From the IMG/VR virus record IMGVR_UViG_3300042343_000347: a DNA stretch of 64,000 nt; one strand, 5' to 3'. The DNA comes from a virus. The position numbers were made by a program, and so were the translations under genes. Positions 60,170 through 64,000 of the stretch are shown here, piece after piece. The notes beneath the pieces were generated by a model. It saw nothing but the letters and a program-made list of their open reading frames with translations, searched no databases and was not told the DNA's origin. Within the stretch, counting starts at the first letter, position 1. The number at the start of each line of letters is the position of its first letter.

Positions 60170-61714
60170 TTAACTTATGACTGCGAAAAACGGCAGGGGA
60201 GGGGTGAATTCTTCATGGTCACGCATGTGTCCTTCAATATCCTGATGAAATTCTTGTAATTGCTGTAGCATACGCACTATTAACAATGAGGCCATGACAA
60301 GATCATCATTTTCTCCTACTTTGGCCGCATAACTTCCTCCCAGTGCTACGAAAGTCTTCAACTCTGATATCAATGGTCTGCTATGTAACTTCATCTTTTT
60401 AGATTCTAGTAGTGTCTTAAACTTAGCACATGCCGTTAATTTGACTTTTTGCGTAGTATTAAATCCTTTGCGTTTCTTACCATATTCGCTGAAGAATATG
60501 CCCGGAACGTTGGTTTCCCCGAACTCATTTAATGATATCAATGCCGCTTCACCTATGCTGTTGTTCTCTAGGCTGTAGTATAGATTATTAGGTTCCCCGG
60601 TACACTCTACTATATGCTTATTGATATCGGCGAGTAATTTGATCTGTTGCGGAATCTCTGTCTTATTATGCTTCCATTCACCTATCTGTGTAGTCGTGTT
60701 CGCTTCAAATATCTGTATGGCTGCAGGGTCACTTCCAGTACCAAGACTAGGATCTAATGCAACTACATAAATATTACCTTTAGTTGGTTTCTTGTACCAA
60801 CGTACCTGCCCCATGCGATTGATAGGTTCAGCGCCCTCTAACTGTATTAGTGTGTTAGGATTGATCAATGTCTCGTCTGCTATGATGAATTCGCAACCGA
60901 TTTCACGATTAAAACGATCTTCGCCTAATTGTGACTTCATTTCTTCGGCCCATTTTTCATCACGACCGGGCTGTTCGTGCCAATACGCTCTATAAGATTT
61001 GAATCCGTTTTTCCCTACGTCAGTCCTATTCCCGAATTCGTCTTCAGTCTTGTTAGCACCCTTCCATATCAGTGCGAACTGATCTTCGTCACTGTTTGGA
61101 GTACTTGTAATGATAGCCTTACCACCAGTTGCTAGAGTTGGTGTGATAGAAGTCCAGAACTGTTCAGCGATTGTTGGTCTCACGAACGCGAACTCGTCAA
61201 GATATAACAATGAGATAGACATACCACGACCAGTATTTTCAGTTGTCGTGGCTGATACGATACGGCTACCATTATCAAAGAATAAACTACCTTTATTGTA
61301 TGTCGCTACACCTGCTTTGATATGCATAGGACATGCTTCATATGCATAGCGAATACGTTGCATGATTTCCTGCGCACCTGCATATTTGTGTGCGGCAATA
61401 AGAATAGTGCTATCAGGTACAAACATAGCATACCATAATAGATAACCGGCAGCACTTGTTGTTTTACCTGATTGTCGAGGCATGAGTGCGATTGAATAGC
61501 GATAGTTATGATAAACATCGATCAATCGTTTTTGATACTCATATGGATGGTACAACATGCTACCACGTGTAGGATGCTGTATGTAAAAGAAATTATCCAT
61601 GAAGTACAGATAACCCAAATTAGGATCACAGCACTTTACAAAATCGTCTAATTCCTTATCGGTCTTGAAGACAGTTTTTGTATACGGATCTTTGATTAAT
61701 GTATCTACAGCCAT
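60170..61714 (-). CDS. gp17: Terminase large subunit
   Basis: PRQSGKT, RGMS.SLLYLDEFAF, ITSTPN, LDPS.G.G.D, DDLVMA. Confidence 0.95.
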   Translation of the reverse strand: MAVDTLIKDPYTKTVFKTDKELDDFVKCCDPNLGYLYFMDNFFYIQHPTRGSMLYHPYEYQKRLIDVYHNYRYSIALMPRQSGKTTSAAGYLLWYAMFVPDSTILIAAHKYAGAQEIMQRIRYAYEACPMHIKAGVATYNKGSLFFDNGSRIVSATTTENTGRGMSISLLYLDEFAFVRPTIAEQFWTSITPTLATGGKAIITSTPNSDEDQFALIWKGANKTEDEFGNRTDVGKNGFKSYRAYWHEQPGRDEKWAEEMKSQLGEDRFNREIGCEFIIADETLINPNTLIQLEGAEPINRMGQVRWYKKPTKGNIYVVALDPSLGTGSDPAAIQIFEANTTTQIGEWKHNKTEIPQQIKLLADINKHIVECTGEPNNLYYSLENNSIGEAALISLNEFGETNVPGIFFSEYGKKRKGFNTTQKVKLTACAKFKTLLESKKMKLHSRPLISELKTFVALGGSYAAKVGENDDLVMASLLIVRMLQQLQEFHQDIEGHMRDHEEFTPPLPFFAVIS

Positions 61715-61723
61715 GCAAAATAA

Positions 61724-62899
61724 TTAAACAACGAATCCCGACTTATAAACAGTTTTACCGTTCTCTTGTACAGCAGTCATTATCTGTCTGCGATTGTTGC
61801 CTTCGACATAACTAGCATGTACCCATCCGCTGTTAGGACCTTCTTTAGGATTATAGAATTCTAATATGATCTGATCAAACTCACAATTGTCTACTACCCA
61901 TTGCGCTAATTCAGGATTAGGTAATCCATCGATCTCAAAGTCTACAGCCTGTCCATTGCAATGTTGACTTTTACTGCTTCCGCCGACGGCTGCGTTAAGA
62001 GCGGGACCACGATAGCCACTGTTAATACGAACAGGGCGGCCAAAATTGTTACGAACTGGTTCAAGTATGTTTTCACAAACTTTTTGTAAATTCTTTGCAT
62101 GTACTGGACCTGGTGTGTTATCTATTCCTTTACGCATAGCAGTCTCGGATCTTGTGAACTCTCTTAGATTAAAATGCTCGCTTAACTGCATATCAGGCGT
62201 GACTGAAAACTCTTCTGGTCTTGAAGTATTTTCTTCTTCATTATCTTGCGCTGAAGGAGCGGAAACTGCCACGACAGGACTTGCACCTGCTGTCCACATA
62301 AAATATTTTTTTGTTTTCTCGCTACGATCAGCCAAACCATGAGTGCCACCATTGATACGTTTTGTTAATGATAATATAGCACTATCACTCACGCCTTGAT
62401 CGCATATGTTCCACAACTTATTTCTTTCAAAGAAAAAAAATGCGCTCTCAAATGCTAGTTCTGTAGCAACGATATCAGGATTGCTCATGACATCAGGTCT
62501 ACCACAAAACTGTGCGAAAGCATAATAGTTGTCTTTACCTGTCAACTGTAATGCTCCGCGACCACGATACAACCATCCATCGCCTGAACTCTCGTTGCCA
62601 TTTCCCATTCTTGATGCATAAACACGGTTCGCTATTTTTTCAGGCTGTCTCGCATAACGATTGGCTGTTGAATCATCAGGAAAATATTTACCGAATATTG
62701 CTCGTAATCCGGCTGCATTATAATTTAGATTCTCGCTGAACGCTTTGAATCCACCACTCTCATGCGCAGTCTGTGCAAAGAAGTGTGCGGCTCTTGCAGG
62801 GCTTAATTCAAAGTAAGCCATTGCCGCACGAAAAGTGCCTGGACCCCAAGCACCATCTGCATCTACGCCTATCTTTTCTTGTAAAGCCCTTAGACTCAT
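61724..62899 (-). CDS. Endolysin: PG-binding + GH19 + peptidase M15
   Basis: ADG..GPGT; AQTAHESGGF, YRGRG.LQLTG; SGYR, SQH..GQAVD, WVHAS. Confidence 0.88.
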   Translation of the reverse strand: MSLRALQEKIGVDADGAWGPGTFRAAMAYFELSPARAAHFFAQTAHESGGFKAFSENLNYNAAGLRAIFGKYFPDDSTANRYARQPEKIANRVYASRMGNGNESSGDGWLYRGRGALQLTGKDNYYAFAQFCGRPDVMSNPDIVATELAFESAFFFFERNKLWNICDQGVSDSAILSLTKRINGGTHGLADRSEKTKKYFMWTAGASPVVAVSAPSAQDNEEENTSRPEEFSVTPDMQLSEHFNLREFTRSETAMRKGIDNTPGPVHAKNLQKVCENILEPVRNNFGRPVRINSGYRGPALNAAVGGSSKSQHCNGQAVDFEIDGLPNPELAQWVVDNCEFDQIILEFYNPKEGPNSGWVHASYVEGNNRRQIMTAVQENGKTVYKSGFVV

Positions 62900-63222
62900 G
62901 CTATATGATCCTTATCATCATCTAACATCATAGGTTCTCTGTGAGGACCTAACTCAGGTTGTTCTTGTTGTTCATCATGTGAATTAGGTTTGCCTAACAT
63001 GATACCTGACAATATACCTGTCAAGAACGTTGCTATAGGTGTGATGAGTTTAAAGAACTCAGCATCGTTTGGTGCTTGACCACCTAATGGTTGTGTGACA
63101 AAGATCAATGAATAAAGCACCACAAATACAATGCCCGTCAATGTCATAGCAAGAAGAACACCGATTATGAATCGCATTCTTGCTTGTAATTCTGCTTCTG
63201 TATATCTTTTTCCGCTAAACAT
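62896..63222 (-). CDS. Holin-like membrane protein (two TM helices)
   Basis: Two hydrophobic segments; overlaps the endolysin start. Confidence 0.6.
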   Translation of the reverse strand: MFSGKRYTEAELQARMRFIIGVLLAMTLTGIVFVVLYSLIFVTQPLGGQAPNDAEFFKLITPIATFLTGILSGIMLGKPNSHDEQQEQPELGPHREPMMLDDDKDHIA

Positions 63223-63231
63223 AATTTCCTC

Positions 63232-63753
63232 TTACCATTTGTTAATTTTTGTTGCATTGTTATGACCTGAGGTCTCAACAATCGTATTCATAGTTAGTGG
63301 TCTTTCATTAGTATCTTGATCGACTGATCCAACTACATCTTCTTCAGTCTTTTGTCTTTTAAAAGTATCAGCAGGTTTGAATGTGTTTTGTTGCTGATTA
63401 TTTCTAAAAGTATTTGGTTGACTGTTTTTAAATGTATTTGATTGATTTCCCTTAAATGTGTTACCTTGACTCTGTGGTTTGCAATCTCCATTATTACTTA
63501 TACTCTGGTCATTAGGTCTAGTAAATTTCCTTGCAAATCCTGGAACATCAGGCTCACCATCTGCTTTTTTAAATTGCTCTGCTACAGTAGGGGTAAATCC
63601 TAATAGGTCAGTTACACAATCCCCTTCTGCTTTGCAGACATCACTACTACACATCGCTTTGCCCCAATTTTCTGGGTCTTGACATTCATAGCGGTATTTA
63701 AATTCACAACCTGCTAATAATATCAATGGTATAATTATCAAAAACTTCTTCAT
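63232..63753 (-). CDS. Lipoprotein (possible o-spanin) with NTFK repeats
   Basis: Lipobox LLAGC, Cys-rich domain, lysis cassette context. Confidence 0.65.
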   Translation of the reverse strand: MKKFLIIIPLILLAGCEFKYRYECQDPENWGKAMCSSDVCKAEGDCVTDLLGFTPTVAEQFKKADGEPDVPGFARKFTRPNDQSISNNGDCKPQSQGNTFKGNQSNTFKNSQPNTFRNNQQQNTFKPADTFKRQKTEEDVVGSVDQDTNERPLTMNTIVETSGHNNATKINKW

Positions 63754-63805
63754 ATTCCCTCACCTTATAATTATTTTTGTTTGGTAAGTATAACTTTACC
63801 TTATT

Positions 63806-64000
63806 TTATGTTATTTCTTGCCACTCTAAACTTGCATATACATCCATATTAGTTCCTGTAGTAGCCATCATAATAACATATTCATATGGAGTACCCGTGA
63901 ATGGTTCACGCTCAAGTTGATATTCAAAGCCAAATGCTTCTTGTGTAGGTGCGCTACTGCTTTGATTACTTGAGTTAATGAATGACTGCTCTGCGATATC
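63806..64000 (-). CDS. C-terminus of a probable virion protein (partial)
   Basis: Read manually: open frame DIAEQSFINSS...VYASLEWQEIT*. Confidence 0.6.
   Translation of the reverse strand, partial: DIAEQSFINSSNQSSSAPTQEAFGFEYQLEREPFTGTPYEYVIMMATTGTNMDVYASLEWQEIT

Overview
This 64 kb window is part of a large, AT-rich (roughly 40% GC by eye), T4-related myovirus genome, probably a jumbo phage. It is almost entirely minus-strand coding in the standard genetic code. Virion genes: three Gly-X-Thr collagen fibre proteins, a tail fibre with an intramolecular chaperone, tail sheath and tube, neck gp13/gp14, tail terminator gp15, head completion gp4, small and large terminase, and several putative internal-head proteins. 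Replication/recombination genes: primase, helicase, UvsW/X/Y, gp32, a clamp-loader subunit and a miniature DnaE-like protein. Auxiliary genes: dNMP kinase, MazG, Nudix, IscA, peptide deformylase and a PhyH-like dioxygenase. A lysis cassette lies at the right end. No tRNA, rRNA, CRISPR array or transposase was seen. The most interesting signals are: (1) three late-expressed GT10-like glycosyltransferase paralogues plus tailoring enzymes alongside Thr-rich collagen fibres, a candidate virion-glycosylation system; (2) a 194-aa DnaE core embedded in an array of small paralogues; (3) widespread apparently leaderless genes behind both TAAATA late boxes and sigma70 promoters; (4) T4-style hairpins that occlude late start sites; (5) a GC-rich, switch-like 5' leader RNA; (6) a ligase-motif protein in the internal-head operon; (7) Lego-like module shuffling among fibre proteins. 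All family assignments come from motif recognition by eye; no database search was run.
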